A stretch of 63,945 nt of DNA, the filler included, from Dicyema japonicum (lineage: Eukaryota; Animalia; Dicyemida): NCBI GenBank assembly GCA_011109175.1. It is 6 parts of 6 records of this genome, joined end to end, with 100 filler letters (N's around TTAATTAATTAA, not from the genome) between each part and the next. Parts side by side here need not be neighbours in the genome. Positions count along the whole stretch, not along the records: positions 31,106 to 43,111 come from RDEW01000227.1; positions 43,212 to 58,222 come from RDEW01000049.1; 4 more parts are not named here. One strand, 5' to 3'. How positions within the stretch are numbered: the stretch's first letter is position 1; every line of letters starts with the position of its first letter. The translations under genes were made by a program, and so were the position numbers. Below the pieces are notes generated by a model that did no database searches, was not told where the DNA came from, and saw only the letters and a list, made by a program, of their open reading frames with translations. Below are positions 34,901 through 48,836 of the stretch, piece after piece.

Positions 34901-37249
34901 CGATATTTTGGATGCTGGTCTGGCATCAGAAATTTCGGTCCTCTTTCTAACCATGTGTCACTGTAAGATTTAAATTTGAAATGTAAATTCATTTAAATGT
35001 ATAATAAAAACAAAATAAATTAATTTGAAATTTTTAATAAATGTCTTTCGGATTATGAAATTTCGGTTTATTGAAGCCTGTTTGTGTAGAATCCTGTTAA
35101 AATTTAGTTGACTAAGCAAAAAATTCCGATTATTGAAGTTCGGATTAATGGGGTTTTTCTACATTCCTTAAAATGTATAAATCAATTAAAAATGCGGTTA
35201 AATGTATAAATTACTTAAAACAAAAAAATTATGTGCGGTTTTTTTAAAATAAATACTCGGAAAAAATATAAATTAAATGAACAGAAAACAAATTGTATTT
35301 TACCTTATAATTTTGAAGGACCAATTCTTAGAAAAGAATGAATCCTCATTTAACAATCCAACTGACTTTAATGACAACGAGTATTTATATTTATCATTGC
35401 AGTTTAATCAGTACAAATGACTACAACCAAATGTACTTATTATAACTTACTTGTAGTGACACCAATCAGAATTTGTATAAATTATAAAATCACATAGATT
35501 TGACATGCTCACGAAAATGATAGGACAAGCCAACTCTGATAGATTTCCATTAAATTGACAATTTTTTTTATAATTCACATTATTTTTTGATAATGTTCCC
35601 CACTGTTATAATTAGTTTTAAACTTGTTTTAGTATTTAGGATTTTTAAGATTTCTAGTTTCATAGACAGTGTTTGCAGTTGATAATCTGTAATGTTTAAC
35701 AAAGTGTCTGTGGTAGCTTTAATTATTCCAATAAAGTGTTTTATAGGCAAATATATTACTTACCTAGTGGTTAATTGGTCATGTAATTGAACTTATTACG
35801 TTGCTCCATTTTACGTAGCTCCTGTACTCTTAACTTCTTATATAACCTATCGTCTCTTTAATTGGACTCAGGAACATTATGGAAATAAGAAAGCATCATA
35901 CTTGCGGATGATTGGATTCATTTTTCGTCTGGAAAAATAGAACATAACCAAGAATCATCTGCTTTAATTGGAATAGAGAATGATTGGTTAACTATTAATC
36001 CTCAAATGTTCTAATCTCCGTTAAGACGTCTTGTGTACTTGGGTCCGGCACAACAAATTTTATCATGCTGATCGAGGAGCTTGCAGGGCTTAGGAAATGA
36101 GAACTTAAAAATGACACGATTACTAACTCCCATTCCGTGCTAAATGTAGGCAATGATGGAAACTGTGTCATAAAAACTTGTAGTTGTTAATTTTATAGCA
36201 TTTTATTTGGAGTGTTCTGCATTATACAAAATTAGTTTATTTTTTCTAACAAAAAATTAATTCAAAAATAATATGTGTCCTAAATAAAACTCAGTAAACC
36301 AATTCAAATCAATCAAAAACACGCCCTAATTTTTTAAATATTACATCGAATTAATCGATATACATAACCTACACATCACAACAGGTATTAAAGTAAGTAA
36401 CACTTATTCATGACGATAATATTGTAGATACTAAACAGGGCATTTACTCACCTAAGTAGCTTGCTAAAGAACGTATTAAAAGTCGTAAAGAAAATTAATC
36501 TTATTAGGTGAGTTATTATCATGTGGGAATTTTAATGATTTTTCTATAAAGCTATTAAGTAATATAAAAAATTGTGAGAACCACTTACATTTTCTGAAAA
36601 ATTATTTATACATAATTGTTGGTTATTAAATATTTCTTAACATTGGAGATTCTAAGACTCAAGTCGCTTTTTTTTTTTAAATGCTGTCCGATAGCAAAAA
36701 AGAAGTGAAAAGAGATGGCCGATTGTGTCATTTCCATACAAAAGGGAATTGGCTGTCAATCATGAAAACTGAACACAATTTTAACACTTTTGAAGTTTGA
36801 CAAATCGTTTATTAATATTGATTGAAATGTATAATCAATTAAAAATTGTGGTAATATTTATAATTACATTAACAAAAAGTATATTACATGTCTATTAATA
36901 ATGATTAAAATTTGGTAAAATGTATAATTACGAAAAAATTAAGAATTAGATGAATAAAAAACAAGTTTTTTTTAAATTAGTACACAATTTATATCCTAAA
37001 AGTTTTCTATTTCTGCAACTTGATTGATGCTGCGATGCTCCTATTAGACGCATTCATCATCCATGAGGTACCCAAAACTCAATTGGGAAAGGCGTTCAGC
37101 CAGGGACCGCTTTCAGAAGACGCCCTCGACAACGAACAGGCACGGCAATGTTGGCTAGAAGAACCTATGAATTTAGATTCAAAAAGAATTTCTGCCATGG
37201 AAACAACAGAAGGTTTTATTAAAAGTTAGTAAGGAGTCTTTATTTTCTA

Positions 37250-37620
37250 GTATGCAATAAGTTTGGTATTCGCGGCATCAGAAAGTTGCAATTTGTAGTA
37301 AAGAACACCATGGTCCAAATCAAGACAGCGTTGTCTGCATATCGGTGGTTGTTTTCAAGCACAATAAACGGACATTGTGATATATGATGAGGAGTTTAAA
37401 CAAGTCCTTATCATAGAAGTTGGCATTAAGTCCCAAATTCGTTTGCAGAATTTAGAAGGGAGAAAAAAGGAATTATGACTTGCTTGCAAACAACATGGGG
37501 CAGATGTTTGGTTGCAAAGTCCTCGTTATTTCTATAGTAATGACGTGAGAAAGAATTACAACAAAATATCACAAGGGTTATATAAGACAGTTATGGGTAG
37601 ATAGAGAGCTCCACTATTTA
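37250..37620 (+). mobile_element. R4/Dong-like RLE fragment
   Basis: IYDEEFKQVLIIEVGIKSQ..YDLLANNMGQMFGCKV..TKYHKGYI. Confidence 0.75.
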
Positions 37621-37737
37621 AAGCGGAACCTAGAGAGCCTGTCAGAGCCCGGAGATGCCATCTGGTAAGAGGGTTCAATAGGACAAGGTGCTCTAGGAGC
37701 TGTTTCAGCAGAGTGGAACTTGCTTGTGAGGAAGGTT

Positions 37738-38330
37738 GTTATTATTATTATTAAAGCCAAAGAAACACCGTCTTAATCACTAACTAATATTCAGGTGATC
37801 CTGGCATCTCTCAATAATCTTTTCTCGATGCTCCGACCGTGACCCCACACATTTTCTATACAGACGGAGGGTTTTTTTTCCCTTTTCTTCTGAAATTGCC
37901 TCCAGCTGCCTCTATGATAGACTCAGGTGTTCTGAGGGCAATTTCTTTATCACGAATAGCTAATCCGACATATCAAAAATCTGTATATTTTTCCAGTAAC
38001 TTTATTGCTCTTGACTGGATCTCTTGAGTTTTTATTAGGTTCGTTGCCTCTAGGTAAATTCCGATACCTGTTGGATAAATTCCTCCACAGTTCCGAAGGT
38101 AGACTTTTACAAAATTGATCTTCTCTGCACAGGTTGATATAATGAATTCTACATGGGCTAAGAAGCAGAGGAAAATATCAAAAGTTACTCCCAGTATTTT
38201 CTGCGATTTCTTTTGTGGTATAGACACTCCATTTGACGTGACATCAATTCATTGCGTTCCCATCTTTACAATCTTAGTGATTAGAGTGACTGCTGAGTCC
38301 TCTGGTTGGTAAAGAGCAAATTATTCTTTT
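37738..38330 (-). mobile_element. LINE 3' end with (TAA)n tail
   Basis: KILGVTFD..HVEFI; ends TTGGCTTTAATAATAATAAT. Confidence 0.7.
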
Positions 38331-41047
38331 TAGATATAGTTTAGGAGTACATCCGACGCCACCAGAAAAGGTGAGCCACATGACGCACGCTAAATTAATT
38401 AGTTGATTATTAGTAGGGCGATTTTTGTCAAAAATTCACATGTTCTTTAAAATTGATTAAAGCTTATAAAAATGTGATTTTTAATCAAAAATTATAAAGT
38501 CAAAAAAGTCAAAATTTAATTTGTTAAATCAATAAATTCAAAATTTTTATTGATTTTTTATTTATTAATTTTTGAGTTTTTGAATAAAATACTAATGTGT
38601 CATCAACTGTTATGCTGCATTCAAATCAGGAAGGTCGTGAAAAAATTAAGACTGTTATTAGAAAATATCCTGGTGAATTTTCTATCAACTCACGAATTTT
38701 CAAACAACAGCTTTTTTATTGAGTCTTTTGTCTAAGAAACATTTCAAACTAAGTTTATTATTTTTATTAGTATTTCACAGGTTCTACTGTAAAAATATCT
38801 GATTTTCTCATCCCATTCACCGACTCTACGATCAATGAGGTCACTAATGCTTAGTCGAATATGATTTTCCTTGTATAAGTTGAACAGTAAATTTTACAAA
38901 ACTTGTTTGAGGGCATTGGATACCGTTTTACTTCCTATTTTGCAAAACTGTAAAAAATTTATGCAAAGGTAATTTGACCGAAGCTATTTTTGAGTTTTGT
39001 AAATACATTTATTATAGATTTGGAAAAGTTGGTTGATCTAAGGAATCCATATAAATACATGTGAATAGACTAATAAATTTCTTGCATAAAAAATAGAAAA
39101 TTTTATTGAAATTGGCTATTCTCCCGAAATAATTCTGGTCAGAAAAGGAAATCGTTGAATATTACTGTAAAAATTTTAGTGAAGACGTCAATCGATAACT
39201 TTTTTGTACCGTCATAATAAAAGTTGACGGAAAGGAACTAGGTCTTTCCTTGATAATGGGTAAATTGACCTTTATGTCTCGAAACTGTTGGACAGCACTT
39301 GTAGTGTATATAATTTCAAATATGGAGTTAGACTGTATGAAAGCATTAAAGAAATAGTTGGTCAGCATTACGATTGTCATAGCTTCGAACGGCGAAATTG
39401 TAAGCTTCAATTGTTATTGGGTAAACGAGGTATTGAGTAAGCACATTCTCGAAAATGTGAGAGTTTCCCTGGAAAGTTTTAGAATGGCGCAAATATAGCG
39501 CACGGACAGTCTAGGAAGTAATACTCTTGGTGCCACCATAGCCTAATGGTTGAAGTACAAACATTATGGTTGAGGTGGTGACAATGAGTTTAAAGTCTTT
39601 GAGATATGCGATAGAGAGGGCAGCGTCTTTGATGAGGTCTGTGCAAAAACNACAGTCTAGGAAGTAATACTCTTGGTGCCACCATAGCCTAATGGTTGAA
39701 GTACAAACATTATGGTTGAGGTGGTGACAATGAGTTTAAAGCCTTTGAGGTATGCGATAGAGGGGGCAGCGCCTTTGATGAGGTCTGTGCAAAAACTTCA
39801 CAGGAAAAATAAATAGAACATTAACAAGCTCATTAGTCAAGTAGGGACTAGAAGAGTCTAGTTTGATATACAAGAGACTGTCAACTTATGTGCCTCATAC
39901 AGAAGATAGAACGTCAGTTTAAATGCAATCGTAGACTCTTCTACCGACTTTAAGCTATGCAAATTAATGACCAAATTGGTGGAGTTGAAGTCGAAATATT
40001 TGTAGATATGAACGGGATCCTGTCTACCAATATAATTGGTACCTACGCGAATACCAGAGGGCGAAGGAACAAGCACTTACTAGCAAGCCCCTTAAATACC
40101 AATATGGAAGAGTTAAAGGCTATGTAGGTTTGAATCAGTTAATCGAGAATTGAAACTACGTGTGATATGCCTCGATCATATAGAAAATTAGTTTTTTTTT
40201 AAAGAATTTTCCAGATGAGCGGAAAAAAGATATGCGTCTGTAAGAAGGGAGTAACTTTATGTATTTTGAACATTCAAATTATCTCGAAAGTAAAAAATAT
40301 TATTAACACAGCTTTTCTCAGCTTTTTTACTACGTGTGAAATGCCTCGATCATATAGAAAATTAGTTTTTTAAGAATTTTCCAGATGAGCGGAAAAAAGA
40401 TATGCGTCTGTAAGAAGGGAGTAACTTTATGTATTTTGAACATTCAAATTATCTCGAAAGTAAAAAATATTATTAACACAGCGTTTCTCAGCTTTTTTTA
40501 CCGAGAATCTAAAAATTTAGGGAAAATTTTTAAGAACTCACAAGACAAGCTTTAATCTAGAATTCATACTAATATTTGATTTTGTAATACAAATTTTGCA
40601 ATACAAAATTTCATATCTTTAAATGTCNNNNNNNNNNNNNNNNNNNNNNNNNNNNNNNNNNNNNNNNNNNNNNNNNNNNNNNNNNNNNNNNNNNNNNNNN
40701 NNNNNNNNNNNNNNNNNNNNNNNNNNNNNNNNNNNNNNNNNNNNNNNNNNNNNNNNNNNNNNNNNNNNNNNNNNNNNNNNNNNNNNNNNNNNNNNNNNNN
40801 NNNNNNNNNNNNNNNNNNNNNNNNNNNNNNNNNNNNNNNNNNNNNNNNNNNNNNNNNNNNNNNNNNNNNNNNNNNNNNNNNNNNNNAATACAAAATTTCA
40901 TATCTTTAAATGTCCGACACAGATTTTCCTTGTAAATAATTTTCTCGTTACTGAATCAATGGCCTTCTATATGTCAATGGAGCATATTATAGACTTTTGC
41001 AATGACATTTTATTATTATTATTGTTAGCATTAAGCCAACATCAGCA

Positions 41048-41400
41048 GGGTGGCATAGTGGTTAGGTGTCGGGCTAAAGTGACTTAGGTTACGGTTTCGA
41101 TTCTCGGCCTTCTATATGTCAATGGAGCATATTATAGACTTTTGCAATGACATTTTATTATTATTATTGTTAGCATTAAGCCAACATCAGCAGGGTGGCA
41201 TAGTGGTTAGGTGTCGGGCTAAAGTGACTTAGGTTACGGTTTCGATTCTCGCTGCTGTTCACCTGGTGGAAGGTTTCACGCATTTACGATGCTAAAAAGG
41301 TTTGACAAGTGACGCCGTCATCAGTGGACCTCACTGCGAAACTGGATTGTCAAAAAAGGACCCACACACAAGAAAAAGAAAATAGAAGTGAAGATCATTC
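41048..41400 (+). mobile_element. tRNA-derived SINE (head duplicated by assembly)
   Basis: Pol III A box TGGCATAGTGG and B-box-like GGTTTCGATTC at tRNA spacing, without a complete cloverleaf. Confidence 0.6.
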
Positions 41401-41494
41401 CTTGGTTCTACGATTAGTTAAAGTTTACTGTTCTTTACTTAAATAAAGTGTGTCCTGCCTATCGGAGCTAGTACCACGGCTCCGTGAAAAAGCT

Positions 41495-41960
41495 GTTATT
41501 ATTATTATTAAGCCAACACTAGGTATACAAATTAAAAAGGAAACACCATCATGTGATCCCAGCTTCTCTTTAGCAATATTCTAATTTTTTCCAGGTGTTG
41601 CTCTCGTGAACCGACACATTTTCGTTCTTCTGGCGGTTTTCCATTTTGGTGAATATACTGCCCCAATTCCTCAAAAGGACCTCAAATGGATTTGCCCTTA
41701 TTGGTAGTTCTGTGATTCGAGAGATTGTTTTGGTCATACTGGATTGAGCTTAGTTGATCTTATTCATATTTGTTGTGGCAATTGTTGTTCCCCAAGCTGA
41801 ACATCCATAAGTATAGTAGGCTCGATGAATTGGGTGTATAAAGTAGATAATGACGGGTTTGAAGATACTTTAATTTTTAAGAAAAGCAAATTCACGAAGT
41901 TAAGCTTTCGTGCCGAAGCATTGATTACGCTTGACCCATGTGTGCTGAAGGTCATATAAG
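41495..41960 (-). mobile_element. LINE 3' end with (TAA)n tail, related to 37738-38330
   Basis: TFSTH..ASARKLNF..STLYTQFIEP; ends GTTGGCTTAATAATAATAAT. Confidence 0.7.
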
Positions 41961-43619
41961 TGTTAAATGTTACTGAATCTTAGCTTGTTTTCTTATGTGG
42001 GAAGTGTTCACCATTCAAAAATAGTTAACTTGATGGCCTTCTATTCGACGTAAAAAGACTTTTATGTGGACGTTTATATTGAATTTTTTTTCAACAATTC
42101 ATGAAGTCGTTCCAGAGTAGTTTGCAATTTGTTCATAGCTGTTGTAGCACATAAAATGACGTTTTAGAAAAAATATTGTTAAAATCTATGAAAATTGGTG
42201 AATAATAAAATAATATAGAATCAAAAATGACTGTAACCCAAATAATGACCAAAATATGTCAATTTGGTTTTTTAGTTGAAAATGATATAATCCGAGGGGC
42301 ACTAGGTGGGAAAATCGAAATATAATATATTGAACATACAATATTGTATACGTGTGCCTAAACTAAGTAAAAGATGAGTTATTCGCTCATGGCGAATACA
42401 TAATTATAAATTGGACAATAATTATAATTAATATTGGTTGGCTGCTAAGCATTCCTATATATCTATTTCTGCATATATTGCTGATGATTAATATCGGATT
42501 TCTAATTTTTATTTTTTTGTTTGGTAAAATAAATAATAAAAATTGTTTGTACGTGGAACGAAACATCAAATCGATTAGATAGGCAATAAATATCATTGCG
42601 GATTAAAATCACAAAACTACACCAATGGATTTTCTATTAAAATTTAAATTACATATTTTCGTAATGATTCGATTTTTGGAAAAGGCCCCGATGTAGTGAA
42701 CATTTATATTACTTTATCAAATTATATTTTTTATGGAATTATATTTTTTTATCCACGTGACATATTTTTGTATAATATTCTAAATTTGCAAAGGCTAGAG
42801 AATTATTAAGGAGCGGTCTAATGATTTTTGTTGCTTTACTTAAAAAAGAGACATGGATTCCGTTTTGCTCAATTTTCATCATCGAAATGAGTCTTAAGAA
42901 TCAATACTGTAGAATTCGGTTGAAATTTGAGTTCACTGTCTATTTTGTGAGCAATTTCTCTACGAATGTCAAAATTAAGGTAGAAAATCCAGAGGTTTCA
43001 AGAAATTAATAGAGAATGCCATGACCGATCGAAAGCGTTCATCTCATCAATCCACATAAAAGCCAAATTAATTCCATTTTGCTTATTAATGCAATAGTTG
43101 ACTATTGCATTNNNNNNNNNNNNNNNNNNNNNNNNNNNNNNNNNNNNNNNNNNNNTTAATTAATTAANNNNNNNNNNNNNNNNNNNNNNNNNNNNNNNNN
43201 NNNNNNNNNNNCCGCACTAACAAATCTGGAAGTACATCGTAATCTTAATGAAATGTATTTAATAATTTGAAAGTCTACTACAACAGCTATGTTAAGATAA
43301 CGGTCCACAGCGCCAATATAAAATTAGTCATTCTCTCAAGATTATCAAATCGCTCTTAGTCTTGGTTTTGTGCTTCTTTTCATGACAATTTTTCATGTAT
43401 CTGAAATGTATTAGCAGTTGCTACCTCGATCAGGTTGAGTTCATAGCTTGCAGTAACAGAATCGACATTTGCTTGTTTTTTTGTAAAACATGCATGCTCG
43501 TTGTGTTAACTTAGCCTTCAATTTCTTTGAACCTTGAAACACTCATTAGGCTTTTATATTCATCGCAAGATCGATTGTTAGTTTCTTTAGTTTTTTTTTA
43601 ATAATTTAATTTTTCTAAC

Positions 43620-43745
43620 AATCAAACAAATGTCAGTTGAGGAGCCTGCTGCGTGGATTGCGAACGAGTTCCCTGGGAGTATGGCTATTCCAATCTTTTG
43701 TCTTAGCCATAACCCTTCTCGTTGATCCCTTTTCTTTCTGTTTCT
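43620..43745 (-). mobile_element. CRE-like 3' end (near-identical copy at 55120-55350)
   Basis: REGLWLRQKIGIAILPGNSFAI followed by an A-rich tail. Confidence 0.7.
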
Positions 43746-44399
43746 TTAGTTCCCATATTTCTTGAAATACTCGTCTTCTTTTCTTCTTTGTTATACCATT
43801 CTAAATGGGATCAATTTTCCCAATGCTTTATAAAGGCAATATAATAACCACGATTCTACAGGATACAATTTATTAGTATTTTAAAATTTGTTAAATCTCA
43901 AGTATCGGGAAACAATTTCAGTATTATGTTATGGACTTAAGGACCCAGTACTACACCATACACATGGAGGCACCCATCTTGTTGGATAGTATAGTTGTTC
44001 TGGGAACGTTCGTATATAAAAGAGAGCGTAATTTTATTGGGGGAAGTAAAGTACAAACAATATCAATTTTGTGTCTCCTCAGGTAGTATGCAAGCTCAGT
44101 TTGTTTGATGTAATTCCAATGATATTCAGTTGTAGGATTCTAATTTTGTTTGGTCAGTTATTTGGGTTGACATCTCATGACGTTTGGAGATGTCATTTGA
44201 GCATAACTTTTGTGCCCACTCGATGGCCTCCACGAGTAACTTTTTTGAGAGAACCAATAGTGAAAGTAAGTGGCACTTCTTTCTATTGCTATTCAAGACA
44301 TAAACACATCAAACCGATACTATGAGGTGTTTTTCCGTGCTGCTCCATAGTACCCACAGCTTTTCTGAATCCACGACGTTCCTCTTTAATCAAGATTCG

Positions 44400-45350
44400 G
44401 AGAGGTGTGGGTTTTGGAGGTTTCTAACGCAGATTGATAGAAGTGATGGGATTTAGAGTCGCAGAGAGTAATGAAACCAGAACCATTGTTCCGAATAACT
44501 GCGTTAGAATAGTTTAGCAGAGAAATTGGTTAAGCTACCGTCTTTGCTCTTAGAGATTTTGAAGAAGTTCAAAATTGAAATTCTATAAGCCCAAGAAGCA
44601 CAAGTATACTCAACCATTGGCTTTATGAGCTGATTATATAAGACGGCAGCGCATTCTTGTGACACCTAAGTCTTGGAGTTTAAAATATTTTAATGAAGTC
44701 GAGTTTCATGAAGTCCCTGCCAGAACGTTCTTCACATGCTGGGAAAAAGAAAGCAAGAGCCCATAGTCACTCCCAGTATTCTTAGATGTCTCTGCACGGG
44801 AATAATATTTCCATAAAGGTTGATTTCTAGCGCATCCTTTTGTCTCCGGTCAGTGGTAAATTCCCAGGTTGTCTAGATGTGACTGAAGTTCTAAGTTCGC
44901 CATATCCACGTATCTGTTTCTACTTGCAATAATTAATTCGCCAACATATGGCAGAAGCATTGAATCAGGTTTTACAGATTGAAATAAGTCGTTTAGAATA
45001 AGAACCAAATAACGTAGGCGACAAAAGTGAGTCTTGTTCGCCATATCCACGTATCTGTTTCTACTTGCAATAATTAATTCGCCAACATATGGCAGAAGCA
45101 TTGAATCAGGTTCTACAGATTGAAATAAGTCGTTTAGAATAAGAACCAAATAACGTAGGCGACAAAAGTGAGTCTTCAAACCCCCTTGTGACCTATAGAG
45201 GTGTGATACTTAATCAGGCTATTAGCTTCCTTAATATTTGGAGCAGGGAGAGATTCTGTTACATTAGATATTTTTAATTGGATTCGAGGATAACATTCCA
45301 AACAAGTCTAGTAGATTTCACTTGTCCAATAGATGATAAGAGTCGGTTCC
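44400..45350 (-). mobile_element. Degenerate non-LTR RT
   Basis: LNDLFQSV..SMLLPYVGELII..LELQSHLDNL (eroded YADD region). Contains a 135-nt duplication. Confidence 0.65.
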
Positions 45351-45959
45351 GGAAGGAGGCTTTAAACAGAAAGCGTATTCGAGACGTGTTTTTGAATAAA
45401 TGAAGGAGCACCCTAGTGCATTGGTAGTGCGAGAAGACTTGCATTCCTCAAAGTGGCTAGTTGCCATTGATCCGGTGCCTGGCTAAACGCTTAACCTTGT
45501 GCCGAGATTGGCAAACTTCTGGACGATGAGGCGTTAGAATATCCGCGCGCTACGTATTTGTCCTACAGTGTGTGTTGAGCGGTTCTAAATTAGGTTAGGC
45601 AGTGAACGAGACGCAAAATCGATTTAACCATTAAAGCCGCTTAAGGTATGACCGAAAGTTAACGCTAACCGGTTTAGACGGTTAAATCTGAGCCGTTAAG
45701 TATCGAAATCTAACAAAGCATTATTACTATCATTTAGACAGCAATGCAAACTGTAAGTTATAGACGTTTTTCTCATATTCAAACGGAAAATCTGTGTGGA
45801 TACCATCTCCACTTCGCTCCTTCTGTGATCTGCTCAGAAACCTGGATCTGCAGTCACCGTAGCAGAATTGGCCAAAATCCAGAAGTATAGGCCATTGGAG
45901 ACCAATTCACACCAGTGGCTATAGAAACGTCGGAAGCTATAGAATTCCTCATTGTGGCC

Positions 45960-46070
45960 TTTCTGAAAGAAATAGGAGGAAAATAAGCAAGCCGAAAAAA
46001 AAGAACCCGCGAATCGTTCTGGCTAAGACAAAGATTCTGGATTGCTGTATTACGTGAAAACGCATACGCA
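45960..46070 (+). mobile_element. CRE-like 3' end
   Basis: RESFWLRQRFWIAVLRENAYAIL. Confidence 0.65.
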
Positions 46071-46089
46071 ATCCTTTCTGCAAAGGATT

Positions 46090-46212
46090 AATTATATAAA
46101 TCTTTCTTTTTGTTAATAAATCGTTTTCCATTAAAAAATTAACAGCTTTAATTTTATTAAAAGTACAAAAGTTAATAATATGGGAGTAACTAACCAGTGT
46201 ACCTCCCTCCAC
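46090..46212 (-). mobile_element. Possible Merlin (ISXO2-like) transposase N-terminus
   Basis: FNKIKAVNFLMENDLL resembles Merlin A..FL.E.GLL. Confidence 0.4.
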
Positions 46213-47199
46213 CTATCTCCAATAAAATTGAAATACTAAATTAACAAAATAGACGAAACCTTTGGTTGTACTTAATATTTTTCTCTATTCTGTACTGTCG
46301 TTCATTTCGCTGTTTTTCCTCAAATTTGCTCTTGTAGAAACTCGCTTGAGAGATATCGGCCTTGAAAAGGTTCTTCGTAACATCGTACCACTGTCCAGTA
46401 TAGAATTAAGTCAGAGTCACATCCGGGATTCATTTACTACTTGACTTTCAGTGATTGAACGATTTTTTTATTACCGGACTACTTTCACTGTCAAAGAAAA
46501 CTTGTGGTTCTTAAGTCATAACAAGAAAAACCTGATCCTTTGACTACGAAATCATCATACATATCAATTGCGAGTCTTAATTTCTTCCACAAGATCGCAT
46601 GCACCAGTCTTTATCTCTTCCATATACACATTGAGTCTCCTATCCGATATCATACTCAATCTCGACACATCAGACAGTAGAACCTCGTATGTGTATATCA
46701 GAGATCTCGTACTTGTTGATCTTGGAGACGTGAAATCGGCAATTAAAAATTAAAATTATTCCAAAGACCAAAGGGTAATCAAACTAATTAACTCCTTGAT
46801 CCTGACTAGAACATTAAATAATAGAGGACTTAAAATTGATTCCTGTGGGATTCCTCTCTTCAATAATATCATATTTAAAAAATAGCGACAGGGTAATCAA
46901 ACTAATTAACTCCTTGATCCTGACTAGAACATTAAATAATAGAGGACTTAAAATTGATTCCTGTGGGATTCCTCTCTTCAATCATATCATATTTAAAAAA
47001 TAGCGACCCCATCTAGCATGTGAGTATCTTCCTTCTAGGAATACTTTCACCATCAAAAAGTTGCATGCTATATTATTTAATTATTTTAAATAAATTAAAG
47101 TATAAATAATTAAAAAATCACTAATTAGAAAATCGCGAAAATAATTGAGTTTCTTTTAAATCTTGGATAGCCTTTCTTTCTCTGTTAAGTGAAGATTGC

Positions 47200-48780
47200 T
47201 CTTCAATGACAATTTTTGTTTTTTTTGTCATTCTTTAAAATGCCTGACTTTGTGAGTCAAACCAACTGGTTTCAAATGAGAATTGCAGTGTTCTGGTTGG
47301 AAAAAACCATTCTATTAAAATCTTGCATTTTTGCATTTGAGCTCTAATTAATCTTAAGCCTCCCTTGATGGCGTTGATTTTTTGCGAAATTGCCTAGGGT
47401 CTGGCTATAGAAATCGTCCCGCCAATCTCAATCGTCTCTTAGTAGGTAGAGCCTGATGTCATTGACCATCACTAATTTGTATTTTTCACACTTGATGGTT
47501 GTAGTAAACAAGGATCCCTGAAAATAAGCAGATCTTCATAAAATTATTCATTTTAGGAAACAAAAGATAAAAAGCACTACATCACATTGCCCACCATTCA
47601 GATTCCTACTTCTTTTACAAGAGTATTTAAACTTACCATACAACGGAAGAATCACGTGAGTAATCTGCCTACGAAGAAAACTAACCACATTTGTAACAAA
47701 CAGATTCAACCTCTCACCCTTACCACTACCAAATAGTTTGTTTACGTAATGTTGGTCAAGTTCCTTAATTTGTGTGGATCAAAAGAAGTTTTTTTCAAAA
47801 GCAGGCAACCAACTCCTCAGCAACTTCTTCAATAGACTTGGAATAAGTTTATTGAAATTCTCCAAGCTCTCCAGAAAAAGGCAACAATTAGAGGAACGTC
47901 CCAAAAACATTAATCTCGGATGGAACAGACAATTTACAGGAGAAAAAAATCAGTATGAAAATCACGCTTGTTCAACTTAACAGTGGCTCTACCAATCTCC
48001 GATAGTTTCTTATTCTGAATTTGAAGGATGATCTATGTGAAAATGGGCAAAAAGTGCCAAGGCAAAAAGAAGTGAACCAAGAAGATCATCTTGTTGGATC
48101 CCAGTCGATTATTTAATAAGTCCATCCCCAATAACGAGATGAGTTGGAGTACCGCATGCGAGGTTCGAAATGTGCATAATGCTTGAGGATCTCATCAAAA
48201 CGGTTTAAAGTAGTTGATCCCTTCTCACCATCCATTTCACAATAATTCCTGGTTTATCCTCTACGGATAAAGCTTCCACCGGCAATTGGCCTGACTCCAC
48301 CAGGAAGGAACCTTTCGTTTGTCACTCCGGCGACAAATGTTACAGGGGATATCTTCTTTACTAATCCAGTTGTCAAATAGTGGTATCACCTTCATATTGT
48401 TCCCAAACATCGAAATTCAAGGGCAATCGAAAAGATCGAAAAGGGAGATGTCATGTTTTTTTAAAGATGTTGTCCAGCGACACTCTGACAATTTTCGGAA
48501 GCAATGATTCTGACGTAAACTCTACAAAGGTGCATCCCAATAACTTATTTTCCTCTAGGCCAAGACGTGTACGTGAAGACACAAAGTAATGTATTCTTTT
48601 GTTCGGGTTTGATTCTTAGTCAGATTGTTTAAAGTGCAAGTCGTTAGCCTAATTGGATCTCAGGCTGCTTGTTATACTTCTCAAGGACGAGTTCCATGGC
48701 TGTTGCAATTGTTGCAGGAAATTGATTAATTTGCATGGGCGTGGCTCGTACCTTTCTTTTCCATGCTATCGAATAAATTC
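47200..48780 (-). mobile_element. Decayed CRE-like RT
   Basis: GVRPIA, STGIQQDDLLGSLLFALAL (QQGDPLGP.LF) and a GGL motif. Confidence 0.75.
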
Positions 48781-48836
48781 AATCACATAAGAGACCACAC
48801 AACGCCATATAACGGAAGTTCGCATAAATAAAAATA

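Noticed and set aside
35400-36150. Possible membrane-protein gene
   Set aside because: Short open stretches could not be joined into a coherent model.
38590-39100. Possible CGGBP1-like/hAT remnant
   Set aside because: Similarity is too eroded to call without a search.
41300-41350. Hammerhead ribozyme core
   Set aside because: CTGATGA and GAAAC lie on opposite strands, so no valid core forms.
43620-43745. Repeated hairpin-forming element (also at 55120), candidate ncRNA or pre-miRNA
   Set aside because: The minus strand encodes WLRQKIGIAILPGN with an A-rich tail, so it is a retroelement 3' end.
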